Assembly: GCA_951406725.2 (NCBI GenBank)
Contig: OX597827.1
Span: 62,682,001-62,746,000, forward strand
Length of the DNA: 64,000 nucleotides
Direction of reading: 5' to 3'
DNA from: Octopus vulgaris
Lineage: Eukaryota
The first letter of the stretch is position 1; every line of letters begins with the position of its first letter. Below are positions 40,195 through 54,896 of the stretch, piece after piece. The notes below the pieces were generated by a model, which worked only from the letters and a program-made list of their open reading frames with translations, was not told the origin of the DNA and made no database searches. A program made the position numbers and the translations under genes.

Positions 40195-40765
40195 TATTGG
40201 TTTAAAATTTTGGCACAAGGCTAGCGCCTTGGAAGAGGGTGTAAGTGATTTACATCGATCCAAGTACTTAACTGATGTTTATTTTATCTACCTGAAATGA
40301 TGAACTGTGAAGTAGACCATGGCGGAATTTCAACTCAGAACGTAAAGACGGAAGCAATGGCGCTTAGAATTCTTTTCGGCGTGCTAACGATTCTTTCTAC
40401 TGGAAAGACAAGGCCTAAAATTTGTGGGATGGGGATTTGTCGGTTATATCGACCCCAGTGTTACACTGGTACTTAATTTAGAGAGCCCGAAAGGCTGAAT
40501 GGCAAAGTTGACTTCGGCGGAATTTGAACTCAGAACGTATCGACGGACGGAATATCACTAAGCATTCCGTCTAGCGTGCTAACGATTATTTTCTACTCTA
40601 GGCACAAGGCCCGAAATTTTGGGGAAGGGGGTCAGTCGATTAGATCGATCCCAGTACGTAACTGTTACTTAATTTATCGACTCCGGTAGCGGAATTTGAA
40701 CTCAGAATGTGGCAACGGGCATTTTACCGCTAAGCATTTCATCTAGCATGCTAACGATTCTGCCA
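40195..40765 (-). mobile_element. Tandem array of three family 2 SINE units
   Basis: Repeated GGCGGAATTTGAACTCAGAAC ... GCTAACGATT ... CACAAGGCC. Confidence 0.8.
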
Positions 40766-40790
40766 GATCTATGCGTTTGGAGTTACATAT

Positions 40791-41267
40791 ATCTTTATCT
40801 CTATATCTATAAACGGCAAAATGTCTGTGTATTTGTGTGTCTGTATGTCCTTTATACAATTCCACAGTTCTTTCACATAAAAGGCTTGCTTTTTCTATGG
40901 GCTTTCAAAACTGTCTGAGGGTGGTCATGAAGATCTTTACTTTTCCCCAGTTACCCCAGAAAGCCATTAAAAAAATCGATAAACCGACCCCTTATGTCCA
41001 TATTCCTCCTTTTTTGTCAGACTAATGGCATGTGCACAGTCCCGCTAATTTTCCATGATTATGCCGTTCCAGGTGTGAAAACCGAAGTCCAATGAATATT
41101 AATTACTCTCATAAAAAGCTCTAACTAGCTCATAAATAACAAAACTTGTCCGGGCTGAAATGTGATAAGAAACTTAGCTCTTGATTTAGTGGGAAATTTT
41201 TACTGCGACCCGGCAACAAACAACAAGCACTAGCACTAGACCCGGCAACGCCGGGTCATGGTGCTAG
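40791..41267 (+). mobile_element. Non-autonomous Helitron
   Basis: 5' TC..TCTATATCTATAAACGGCAAAATGTCTGTG. 3' GC hairpin GACCCGGC-aac-GCCGGGTC followed a few nt later by terminal CTAG (41264-41267). Confidence 0.75.
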
Positions 41268-41544
41268 GTTAAACTATTTCGGTTCGGCTCTATGCAGCTT
41301 ACAATTAAGAGAGAAAAATGTGGGTCGCAATTACTCAATTACGATTATCAGTTTTGCTCTGAATTAATCGTTTAGCAGTTGAGGTTGAAGACTAGTTCTT
41401 ACTGCAGATTCGAACCAGTTCATTCTTACTGCAGAATCAGACACATGTATACTGACCACCAAAAACATTAATCCAAAGTCATGTGCTTATAGAGAGCAAC
41501 GATATCCAACCGGCGTACTTTGTGAATATATCTAAATACTTAAT

Positions 41545-41929
41545 GTGGAGGCGCAATGGCCCAGTGGTTAGGGCAGCGGACTCGCGGTCATAGGATCGCG
41601 GTTTCGATTCCCAGACCGGGCGTTGTGAGTGTTTATTGAGCGAAAACACCCAAAAGTTCCACGAGGCTCCGGCAGGGGATGGTGGTGATCCCTGCCGTAC
41701 TCTTTCACCACAACTTTCTCTCACTCTTACTTCCTGTTTCTGTTGTACCTGTATTTCAAGGGGCCGGCCTTGTCACTCTCTGTGTCACGCTGAATATCCC
41801 CGAGAACTACGTTAAGGGTACACGTGTCTGTGGAGTGCTCAGCCACTTACACGTTAATTTCACGAGCAGGCTGTTCCGTTGATTTGTATCAACCGGAACC
41901 CTCGTCGTCGTAACCGACGGAGTGCTTCC
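41545..41929 (+). mobile_element. Full-length tRNA-derived SINE family 3 (OR1-like) with a 56 bp flanking duplication
   Basis: A box TGGCCCAGTGG, B box GGTTTCGATTCC. Direct repeats at 41489-41544 and 41930-41985. Confidence 0.9.
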
Positions 41930-42283
41930 ATAGAGAGCAAAGATATCCAACCGGCGTACTTTGTGAATATATCTAAATACTTAATACTTAACGTATACCA
42001 ATCGTATAACGAACGATATAACTTTATATCGAAGTCAAATTTATTCGAAGCATCGTATTTTGTATTCGGTTATAGAACTGGGGTTCGTATTGATTTTTTT
42101 CTTTTTGTTTTTGGACGAAATAGAATGGTATTATATATGAAAAGAGAGACATGAAAATAGTATTAAACATATGTAAATACGTGCATTTTTATATACATCC
42201 ATACATGCATACATACATACATACATACATGTATACATACATGTACATGTGTGTGTGTGCGTGTGTGTGTGTATGCATATATA

Positions 42284-42329
<46 letters not shown>

Positions 42330-42367
42330 TACATATATATAATGTATACATATATACATATATATGC

Positions 42368-42400
<33 letters not shown>

Positions 42401-42782
42401 TGTATGTGTGTATATATATATATATTTATACTTGTATTTATATATATGCATACACACACATATATGTATGTATACAAAAAATGCACACGTATATATATGT
42501 TTAATAGTATTTTCCATGTCTCTCTTTATGTATATGTGTGCATATATATGTGCATGTACATATATATGCATATATAGGCATAAACATGCGCATATATATA
42601 AATGCATGTATATATATGCATATATATATATACATATATATATGTGTGTGTATATATATATATATATACATATACACACATATTTATGCATTAAAAATAT
42701 GCAGATATACATTTATACAAAAGAATTTCAGCTCTATTTGCTTCGGGGTCTCTCTGTCTCGCGATTCGTATATATATTTATG

Positions 42783-42854
<72 letters not shown>

Positions 42855-43017
42855 ATCCACATATTCTCATACACACTCTAATATGTATATATATATGTGT
42901 GTATATATATATATGTGTATATATATATATATAATATATATATATGTTATATATATATATATATATAATATATATATATATATATGTAATATTTAATATA
43001 TATATATGTATATATAC

Positions 43018-43064
<47 letters not shown>

Positions 43065-43999
43065 TTTCGTGTGGTGTACGTGTGTGTGTTCTTGGTTGTA
43101 TGTCTGTGAGTGCACATATATATATATATATATGTATATGTATTTATACGTGTGCAGCACTGAAATCTCACAGAATTAGTCACTATATAATAAAATAAGA
43201 ATATTACATTCACTGTAGTGAAGATTCTGTCTCTGTGTTTAAGTGTGTGTGTGTATGTGCATGTATATGCGTGTGCGTGTGTATATGCGTGTGTGTGTGT
43301 GTGTGTGTGTGTGTCTGCGTGTGTGCATGTGCGCGCATGCGCGTTTTACTGTCGATGTTTCTAAATGCGGTTAACTGAATGCCACCGTTAATATGCTAGT
43401 TGTTTTTGTTTTTGTTGCTGTTGCCTTTGCTGCTGCTGCTCCTGCTGCTACTGCTGCTCTTCGTGCTGTTCCTGTTTGCTGGAGACGTTGTCGATGATGC
43501 ACATATTCTGGGAAGAGAGCAAATTTGATTACAATTACTGTAGCATCGTGAAGACAGTGTGACTACTGCTAAAGAAATGGAAGTTAGTTACTTCAGTTTC
43601 TCAGTCGTCTTGACATTGTTTAAGAGGAAAGAGTGTAATTTCATGCCATGATCAGACGATTGGGCGCAGCCGTTTGTTCGCTGCCGATTCGGCGCGGTTG
43701 ATTGCGTATTCAGACTGTTTGGGCGACAGCATTTTTTTGATACTGAAGTAAAACGCCCGCGCGAACACACACACACACACACGCACACAAACCCAGACAC
43801 ATACTACACAAATACTGATACACATGCACGCACAGATTAGAAAGTGAAAGTAGGGATAGAGAAAGAGAGACAATTTATTAATTGCACTTAATTGAAATTA
43901 ATACTTATCCTCTCTTCATAAATTCATATAAAAATATCTTCACACCTATTTTTTAGTAATTTTGGTAACTTTTTTAGTATTTTAGTAATTGTAATCAAA

Positions 44000-44232
44000 G
44001 GCGCCGAGATGGCAGAAACGTTAGTACGCCGGACGAAATGCTTTGTGGTATTTCGTCTGTCGCTACGTTCTGAGTTCAAATTCCGCGGAGGTCGACTTTG
44101 CCTTTCATCCTTTTGAGGTCGATAAATTAAGTACCAGTTATGCACTGAGGTCCATGTAATCGATTTAATCCCTTTGTCTGTCCTTGTTTGTCCCTTCTAT
44201 GTTTAGCCCTTTGTGGGCAATATAGAAATAAG
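44000..44232 (+). mobile_element. Full-length SINE family 2
   Basis: Matches 54897-55124 along its length. Confidence 0.9.
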
Positions 44233-44929
44233 AAATATGTTCATACACATAGAGAAAGAAAGAAATAAAGCAGGAAAGTGGAAGGGTGGGAGTGAGATAC
44301 CATTACAATTTTATAATTGAAAACAAAAGACAAACAGTTTCCTTCTCCTCAAACATATAAATATAATTACACACATAAAGAGAGAAAGAATGCAATAGAA
44401 AGTGGAAGAATTTATTAATTGAACGCGACTGACAGATATTTTCCCTCTCCCCATACCTACAAACATGAACAGAGAGAGGGAGAAAGAAAGAGGGAGGGAT
44501 TGAGTGACAGGGTGGGGAAAATGAGACCAAGAGGCACATTAAAACGCATCACACCTTCAACATTAAAACGTCTGATGTCAAACAGGTCAGCGTTTAATCA
44601 TCGACGTCAAATAGGCGGCATTAATGCGGTTGTGGCAAATGTCTCATTTCCGTTTCATGAATGAGCCTTCCTTGGTTTGTCTCGTGTTATGATTTTATAG
44701 AGGTAGACATTGAAGTCGATGTCGAATATTGGTCAATGACAATCCATAAATTGCAGCACATTAAAATACTTTGCTATAATTAGTTGCATTCCTTTACATG
44801 CTGCGTTCAAATCCTACTGAATGGGACTTTGCATTTCATCATTACAGAGTCGCTAACATATAGCACCAGTCATTACTGGAGCAAATTTAATCTACTAAGT
44901 CAGCAAAAGTTACTGGTTTAGCCTATGTT

Positions 44930-45690
<761 letters not shown>

Positions 45691-46132
45691 GCAGGTTATA
45701 ATTTCTGTAGAACTAACCCTAACAAAATAATGTAAAGAATGGAATAGGGCATTTCTTTATACTTGCACTTATTGGTTTTAAAGTGAAAGTATGTTCAAAC
45801 CATCCGATCTCAATTTTTTAACCAAGGGGTCTAGCCATAGTGGCTCAGCGTCCTTATTTGATTGATGTCTAACAGTTAATTTATGGTCACTGGTTTTCAA
45901 TCTCACCAGATGTCAATATTTGTATTTTAGAGTTAAAAGAATCTTCTCTAAATATTCTCCATTTGTGTCTGACGATTGTTTAACCATACTTTCTGCTGTG
46001 AGAAACATGATTTTACACGAAACCGTCCGGGAACTTTACTTTGCGGAATATGGTTCTAAGGTAATAATGTCGTATAAATCACACACACAGAGATTGATAC
46101 GTATAGATATGTATATACCTGTGTACACCTAC

Positions 46133-46180
<48 letters not shown>

Positions 46181-47292
46181 TAGACATATACACGCACACA
46201 CACGGACATACACTTATACGAAATATAGATAAATTTTCCCTTTGATGGATTGATACTTTATACACTTTTTCATGGCGTGTGTTGAATTCAGGTTTTTCAC
46301 TGTCGTGATAAATATTTCCTTTATAATCTGTCAGTACGACGCGTATCTTGTTTTCAACATTTGGAAGTTTCTTTTCCTTCAAATTCTACCGCTGTCTTTT
46401 AGTCTCTTTATCTCTCTTTCGCTCTCACACACACAAGTAAACACAAACACTCACACGCGCACATACATATGCAAACTCATACACACATACACGTACACAG
46501 AAACACACATATCAACGCAAAGTTTTAAAATATTATTATTGTTGTTGATGCTGTAACTCTTGGTTTTGTTGGTTTTGTTGTTGCTGTTCTTATTCTTGTT
46601 AATATAATTTCCTACTGACTTTGTAGCGTAAAGCTAAAGTTCTTCTGCGATTTATTTCCGATGTTTTTACAAATGTAAATGAAAAAATAAAGTTCCATTT
46701 CAAATTTTATATAACCGATACCTTTATTGAACATTTTGGAAGGTCTAACCCGTTACTTACCTCGGCAAAGTTAAATTTTTACAACTATTTCCGTTTTATT
46801 TTACTGTCTAATGTTAAGTAAGAAAAAATGGTTTCTTTTTTAAGGATTCGCCTCTTAGAAATACTACAGTAAATAAAGCAAACCTACAACGAAAGAAAAG
46901 GAAACCGAATGTCATAAAATATTAATGAACGCACAAATATGTCAACGAAAAAACGCAGCGTAATAAACAACTCGTTTAACAACGAAAGCATCAACATTAT
47001 ATATGCACAGACACTAACCAAATGTAAATGTGAATGCAAACGTTCTTTCGGACTAAATACTTCGTATGGAACATTTTAATGAAAGAGCGAAAGCGTGGAA
47101 TTAGTTTCTCCTTAAAGTAGCTGCTACCACTACCATCTTTCATGACAGAGGATCACAAGAGGAGGGAAGAAAGTAACCAAGAAGGTCTTGGAGCCAACCC
47201 TGCAATTATTTTGTCTGATATATCCTTTACTGGTAGAGAAGTCTCATATGGCATCTTATGTGTTATTTTCAAAAAATGCTGTTTGAGCATTT

Positions 47293-47605
47293 ATGAAGGC
47301 GCGTGGCTTAGTGGTTAGGGATATTCGGTTCACGATTGTAGAGTTCCGAGTTCCATTCCCAGCAACGCATTGTGTCTGTAAGGAAGATACTTTTTTCACG
47401 TTACACAAGTTCATTCCGCAAGCAAAAGCGGTGAGTGCCTGTCTTTTCAAAGGGCCAACTTTGTCACATTCCCCCTGAGAACTACGTTGAGTTGTACGCG
47501 TGTCTGTGGAGTACTCATCCACTTGCACTTTAATTCCAAGTGCAGGCTGTTCCGTTGATCGGATCAGCTGGAAGCCTCGTCGGCGTAACCGACGTAGTTC
47601 CAGTG
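47293..47605 (+). mobile_element. Older relative of SINE family 3
   Basis: GGCGCGTGGCTTAGTGGTTAGG head and shared 3' GAGAACTACGTT..GCAGGCTGTTCCGTTGATCGGATC. Confidence 0.8.
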
Positions 47606-48343
47606 TAAGAGCTAAATTGCGTGCCTAAAAGTACATGGCTCATTTGCCTACAAAATGTTCCATTATTATTTTGCAAGGAAGAACACAAGGGACATCTCAG
47701 GGTCATCGGTGACCATGTCGATCCCCGGCATTTTGGGTAATTCTTTGTGGCAGAGTACCGGAAGCCGGTGTATGCAAACATAACGTTAGGCGATATGTGA
47801 CCCTGTAGGATCATCAAGAACATACAAATCCTCATTACCCCATATGAACCCAAATCCTTATCAGAGCTGTGTCCCGTGAAAAATGCTGAGAGAAAGGCCA
47901 TAACAATCAACAACCAAGGTATACGTTTTAGACGGAACATATGTGGGAGTAAAAACCATTTAACAGATTTGTGAAAATAGAACAAATAGAAGTTATGGAG
48001 GAGGTTGTCTGTTCTTATTGGGCATCAGACCCAACTTGCAAGATGCCAAAAACCACTTTTTGTACAAAAACCGTACAAAGTCATCTCGTAGCTAAAAACA
48101 GGTGAAATCAGGGAGTGTCATCAACAAAAGCACAGCAGCAGCAGCAGCAGCAACAACAACGACAATTGATTAACTATTGTTAATGTAAGCAAGCTAAGAC
48201 CGTTTTCAAGAGATTGTGGGACGACAAACACATACACAAAGATTCACACACATACAAATACATATACATAGATACATATATATGTGTGTGTGTACCTATA
48301 TATGCATATATATAAATATGTGTGCATATGTGTGTGTATGTAT

Positions 48344-48391
<48 letters not shown>

Positions 48392-48507
48392 GTATATATA
48401 TATATATAACGGGAAGCTTTATGAAAATAGACAAAAGACGAAGGCAGGTGGACAACAAACACACAATTGTATTAGTATGGCGCTCAGGAAATATAAATAA
48501 AACAAGT

Positions 48508-48544
48508 ATTTAACGTTTCGAGCCTACGCTCTTCAACAGAAAGA
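48508..48544 (-). ncRNA. Minimal hammerhead-like motif in the PLE 3' terminus (core CUGUUGA plus extra A)
   Basis: TTT-CTGTTGA-A-GAGCgtagGCTC-GAAACGT-T-AAA. Confidence 0.6.
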
Positions 48545-48709
48545 TGCACAGAGAGAAAAAACACAGAAAGAAGGAGAGAAAAAAATGCGTGCAGTAACTA
48601 ACGAACCAACATGGCGATCTGATTTCGGCCAGAAGTCAAAGATCAAACATGAGACGCGAGAGCGAAATTAGGGGAGATAATAGGGTTGAGTGACCAGCTC
48701 CAACATAAG

Positions 48710-48814
48710 GGTGTGTGTGTGTGTGTGTGTATGAGAGAGTATTAGTGCGTATGAGAGGTCTGGACGTGTGTATGTATAGGGTTGGTGTATGTATTAGTAT
48801 GTATTAGTATGTAT

Positions 48815-48849
<35 letters not shown>

Positions 48850-48930
48850 AGAGAGTATTAGTGCGTATGAGAGGTCTGGACGTGTGTATGTATAGGGTTG
48901 GTGTATGTATTAGTATGTATTAGTATGTAT

Positions 48931-48965
<35 letters not shown>

Positions 48966-49046
48966 AGAGAGTATTAGTGCGTATGAGAGGTCTGGACGTG
49001 TGTATGTATAGGGTTGGTGTATGTATTAGTATGTATTAGTATGTAT

Positions 49047-49083
<37 letters not shown>

Positions 49084-49190
49084 AGAGAGTATTAGTGCAT
49101 ATGAGTGGTCTGGACGTGTGTATGTATAGGGTTGGTGTATGTATTAGTATGTAGTAGTATGTATTAGTATGTATTAGTTGGTGTATGTAT
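48710..49190. repeat. ~120 bp tandem repeat, 4 copies, each containing (TG)n, within the PLE 3' UTR
   Basis: ATGAGAGAGTATTAGTGCGTATGAGAGGTCTGGACGTGTG.. occurs four times. Confidence 0.9.
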
Positions 49191-49519
49191 TAGTATGGCA
49201 CATCATATATGATGTGATGTGTAAAGTCGTGTGGTGTAGTGTGGAGAGAGGAGAAGAGGGGTAGGGGGAGAAGAGGGGGGAGGGAGGGGGAGAGAGAGGG
49301 GGAGAAGGAAGGGGAGGAGGAGGGGAGGAGGAAGAAGGAAAGAGGGAGAGGGGAGAGAGAAGGGGAGTGAGGGAGCAGAGGGAAGGGGAAGAGGGAAGGA
49401 GGGAGGGAGAAAGAGGGAAGAAGGGAAGGGGAGTATGGGTGAAAGGATGAAGGACTGAAGAACTGACTGAAGAAGTAGGGGTCGGGGGGAAAGGTAGGTG
49501 AGGAGGGGGGAGAGGGGGG

Positions 49520-49774
49520 TTAGATGAGGAGGTGGGATGAGTTGAGACCAAATGGTGTATAAGAGCGAAGAGAGAAGATTAATTCCCGTTCACGGCGCAA
49601 ACGGGAATCCGGATGGCCTCTGTGTAAGGACAAACCGAACACAGATAGGGGTTGCAAGGAGTGACCGGTGGAGCGGAAATGGCGAGAGACCGGTGTGTCG
49701 TTCGCAAGGTGGATGTCACGAAGGTGTTCCGCGAACCGGTCAGCCAAGCGGCGTCCCGTTTGTCCGATGTACAA
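49520..49774 (-). pseudogene. PLE GIY-YIG endonuclease C-terminal fragment
   Basis: YIGQTGRRLADRFAEH..PVSRHF..GHS..RLRRERELIFSLRSYTPFGLN. The frame is open to the stop; the GIY motif and RT are missing. Confidence 0.9.
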
Positions 49775-49776
49775 GG

Positions 49777-49884
<108 letters not shown>

Positions 49885-49924
49885 AACGGCGATGTCAGCC
49901 GGTTTCGATCTCCAGGCTTTCAGA

Positions 49925-50035
49925 AAATTTCTTCTTTACAAGTGGTTTCATTATATATTCAGGCGCCAAGATATTTGTACAATTTAACCTGTTCAAGGTT
50001 CTCATTGCACAGTTCGATGTTAACGTGTTTTCTCA
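49925..50035 (-). pseudogene. Small LINE reverse transcriptase remnant (RTE-like)
   Basis: NIELCNENLEQVKLYKYLGA*IYNETTCKEEI. Confidence 0.6.
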
Positions 50036-50429
50036 GTAGTAGTATTTGTCGCTGGACATGGAAAGTCATGACACTGTAAATTCTATAGGATGTACTATTG
50101 TGTCAAGCATAACTGGAGGAGAAAAGCATTCTTTCTCAATCATCTCTTTCGAAGAAATCTTCTGAATCATATCTGGATAACTGTTACACGTGATGTGAGA
50201 AAGGCTTGGTTATTTTTCAGGCACTTTACACGCATAAAACTTTGTGGTTGCATTCGATCTAAAAAGTAGTTTCCATTCGCCCAGAGACAAAGAGAGTTTG
50301 AGCGAGCGAGTGAAAAGGAGAGAGAGAAAAACAGAGAGATAGACAGAAAGAGGGAGAGAGAGATAGAGAAAGAGAGAGATAGAAGGAGAGAGAGAGAGAG
50401 AGAGACAAAGAGAGAGAGAGACAAAGAGA

Positions 50430-50461
<32 letters not shown>

Positions 50462-53309
50462 CAAAGAGAGAGAGATAACGCCTACAAAATATTTAGTTGA
50501 ATATAACAACACAGAAAGTTGAAAATGAAAAAGGCAGCCAATTTAATCACACAATGAAACGTAAACATTGCACAAAGAGAATAATAGTAATTATTGGCCG
50601 AAAACTCAAACATTGGAGTAGACATTAGTAACTACAGGCTAAACAATAAAACAATAACATGAATAAAAACCGGTTTTCTTCATCCAACAGTAGTAATGCA
50701 CACGCATTTTATCAAGCGGAGAAATGAATTGATAGTTCGAATTGAGAAACAGCGATTAGCGTCTAAACCAGTCTTTATTTCGTGAGAAATATGACGAGTA
50801 GATGAACTGTTGATAAACATCGTCAAACGTATAAGAAATCTGCATGGCAGATATTCGTAACAAAGACAAGAGTATCAGCGCCTCAGTCGCTAAATTGAAA
50901 TGTAGAAAAAAAGAAAATAATAAATTTCTGTATACTGAAAGATACGAGAGTTTTTCTCATAACACGAAAAGAGTAACTACAAACAAACTCTAGCAGATAT
51001 GAGGAATTTTATATTCTCCATCATTCTTGAAAGAAAACGTAGGACTATTTTTTGAATTCAAATCAAAGGATGAGTCGAAATGACAACCAGAATTAATGTA
51101 TTACATACCCGCCCTAAAACACCACAATATATGGGGTGGTTGCTTCATAAGGTTTACAATAAAAGATATTTGGGTCAATCTCAAACATTTGCTCATTGTC
51201 ACTTTCTTTGCACTGTAGGCAGTTGGTCAACACTGAAGAAACCGAAACAACTATGCATTTAACCGGAATTTGCATGGGAAACAAGTTCAAAGAATTCTTG
51301 AGGATATCCGAAAAGTTCCAGAATTGTTTCTTGTCCAGGGTGCAAAACAAAATGAAATGGGAATTGTATTTTAGGAGATGAAGTAATATTCGAGAGCCTT
51401 CTGCTCGTTCAAACACGAGACGGAGAGAGAAAAATGGAGAGAGAGAGAGAAAGCGAGAGAGAAAGGGAGGGAGAGAACCCTCAATAAGAGATTTTGGAGG
51501 TTGCTGCTTGTCTAGTCACATTAGCTGCCAGTGGGTGCAGCTCCGATAATAGCTGGAACGTTCACTCTCGTAGTCTAACTCGAAAACCGACGATCAAAAG
51601 CCACACAACTGCTAAAGTTGGAATGAAGCTGTATTGTAGCATTGGAACATTAGTTGAGCGGCAGACAAAATGCAACGCGATATTTAGTTTCATTTTGTTT
51701 TACTTACTGAATTTGAATCTGATCGTGGTTGTGTTTGTCCTTCATTCTCCTTCTGACGACATAAAAAGCATCAAATACGATGTATCGTAAATTGACAGAA
51801 ATAGTAAGCGGTTAGAAATATTTCCGCTGTGATATATAATTACATCCCTTTACGTTCTGAGTTCGAATCCTGCAGCGTCCAAGTCCCATCCAGGTTCGAT
51901 GAGATACTTTTACCAGTTTGATTGTTGCTGGAAGTGATACCGTACAAAAGATTAAACTGATTTTAGGACAGCTGGCATCTGTTCCTTGTATGTTCTAGTT
52001 TCTTTAACTTACTTTGCTTATCAATCCAATGAATAAATATCATGCTTAGCCAATTATTCTAAAATAATTTCTGATTTTGGCACAAGGCCAACTACTTGAA
52101 GGCAATAGGTTAGTGGATCTCAATACTCGACTATTACCTATTTTATCGACGCTGAAAGGATGGAAGACAAAGTCAACCTAAGCAGAAACATGACTCAGTG
52201 ACTCAGATCTTCCATCTGTTTACTTTCTGAGTATGGCTTTGCCTTTCATCCTTTTTGGAGACGATAAAATAAGGACCAATTGAGAACTGGGGTCAAGTTA
52301 GACGACGAAACCCTCTCACGTAATTGCTGGCTTTGTTGTGGAATTTTGAAACTATTATTAAGAAAACACAATCAACCAGACATATTTTCTTTGTTGTCTA
52401 TTTTAAATACGACTTTAAATTTCAAATTCTGGTGTGATAATTTCTCTTCTTATTTCAAGTCTGGTAAGTAAAATCCAAATAAAAATCATTGTTAAGTCCT
52501 ATTTACTAATTACCGTTGATTTAGTTATTTTCTAGAAAAATATAAAATATATTTTTTTTATGAAAATAGTAATTTCATTGAATTTATAGCCAAATCATTA
52601 TTAACGTATGTTACAACATTACATTTTATCGAAAAGAATAAAAAATACCATAAACAGCAGTAGAATGCTTAAGATGTTCAGACTATTAATCTTAGATTTT
52701 TATGTCTTTTGTTTAAAATTTTCGCCATTAAATTTCAATGTGTATATGTTCACTAGTCTTATATATTCGAAGATCTATCTCTCTACCTAACTCTCTCCTT
52801 CGATCTGAATCCGTTTCTATTTCTCACTCTCCAACCTCTCATTCTGTGTTTCTTTCTCTCTCGTTCTCTGTCTGTCTGTCTCTGTAGAAATACACACACA
52901 CACCTATATGTATGTATGTATATATGTGTATGTATGTATGTATGTATGTATGTATGTATGTATGTATGTATGTATGTATGTATGTATGTATGTATGTATG
53001 CATGCATGTATGTATGTATGTATGCATGTATGTATATATGTATGTATGTATGTGTGTATGTGTGTGTGTATTGCATAAGTATGTGTAAATATATTTGTAT
53101 TTATGTATTTATGTATGTTGATGTATACATGTAAGTCTGAAACTAGATACATAAACATCCTTATATGCATATATAGTCACACACACACACACATATGTGT
53201 CATATGTACACGTGCATATATATATATATATATACATATATCTTCAAATATAAATTCCTATACATATATATACGCATATATAGATATATGTGTGTGAGAG
53301 TGTGAGTGT

Positions 53310-53350
<41 letters not shown>

Positions 53351-53734
53351 TGTGTGTGTGTGTGTATAGAACATTGTAGTTACATTGTGTGTAATGTCAC
53401 GAAGATCATTTGTAAAACACATACAGTGTTATATTGAATTTTGCTTTATTTCTTGACACTATTGTGTATAATTAAGTGTCAAAGGTTTCATGTTACGTCA
53501 ACGACCTGGTCGGTGTTTGACTTTAATAAATAGCTACCAAAACTCTTCCATTATGCAATTGTTTCATTTCAAATACTCACTCTCAAAGCAAGGCAATAAG
53601 GCGATTTTACAAGTAACAACGCCTCATATATCCATCTATACACACATACAAACATATAAATATATATATATATAAGTAAAAAGTAATATTCATTGCCACA
53701 TCCACATGGTCTTCTCTCTATTTCTCAATATATA

Positions 53735-53924
53735 TTTCTTTATTGCTCACAAGGGGCTAAACATTGCATCGACCCCAGTGCGAAACTGGTACTTTATTTA
53801 TCGACCCCGAAAGGGTGAAAGGCAAAGTCGACCTCGGCGGAATTTGAACTTAGAACGTAACGGCAGACGAAATACAGCTAAGCATTTCGCCCGGCGCGCT
53901 AACGTGTCTGCCAGTTCGCCGCCT
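53735..53924 (-). mobile_element. SINE family 2 with an internal deletion
   Basis: Head, B box and core are intact; the GTCT-rich 3' part is shortened. Confidence 0.85.
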
Positions 53925-53972
53925 TCTCAATATAGTTACTGCTTTCACATACATACATACATACATACATAT

Positions 53973-54334
<362 letters not shown>

Positions 54335-54340
<6 letters not shown>

Positions 54341-54568
54341 CAAACATCGGACAAGAACGCAGGCAGTTAATGAAACAAAAAAAAGGAAAAGAAAATATCA
54401 AGATAGACGATATAAGGAAATCAAGGACGGATCATTCGGAGTTTTCTATCCTCAATCGAGTTCCAGATTATCTTTGCAATTTCGGCTGGTTATACTCGAG
54501 ATTGCTCCAATCTGGGCAGCCCCATGAAAAAATATGCTAAGAGCATTACATTCCTTGGAAGAAAGCAT
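54335..54568 (-). mobile_element. Probable PLE terminal fragment between (TA)n, with a decayed hammerhead-like stem II and GAAA
   Basis: Minus strand GGCTG..CAGCC-GAAATTGC; the upstream core is degenerate. Confidence 0.4.
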
Positions 54569-54595
54569 ATATATATATACTTGTGTTTGTGTACA

Positions 54596-54818
54596 CGAGA
54601 GGGTGCTAAAAAGTTCCTGGCTTTGCGGGTAAAAGAAAATACAGAGGGATTAGTTAAATATAATTTTACTCAACAGATTCTCCTTCTCAGATTCACACAC
54701 TAAACGCAGCGGTCCATCAGTTTTCCAAAACCCTGTAAAAGAACTCGGAAATTTCGGCATCGAACCAGGCCTTTCGCGACACCGTTGAAACCCTGAATCT
54801 TTCAACCTACACCTCCTC
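54596..54818 (-). mobile_element. Non-autonomous mariner remnant
   Basis: TIR-like CGAGAGGGTGCTAAAAAGTTCCTGGC. Minus translation QGFGKLMDRCV*CVNLR resembles the mariner C-terminal GI.KL..RW.KCV..G.Y. Confidence 0.65.
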
Positions 54819-54832
54819 AACACGCACACACA

Positions 54833-54869
<37 letters not shown>

Positions 54870-54896
54870 CCACACACACACACATATATATATGTG

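Noticed and set aside
41545-41620. tRNA gene-like sequence
   Set aside because: It is the head of a multi-copy SINE and does not form a proper cloverleaf gene.
47530-47985. 151 aa minus-strand ORF
   Set aside because: No recognisable domain; it overlaps a SINE, and the plus strand only faintly resembles a decayed RTE end.
48710-49190. CRISPR-like regularly spaced repeats
   Set aside because: Whole units are repeated with only (TG)n length variation; there are no unique spacers and the context is eukaryotic.
51196-51416. Short ORFs on both strands with an acceptor-like TTTCTTTGCACTGTAG
   Set aside because: No recognisable protein similarity or convincing donor site.
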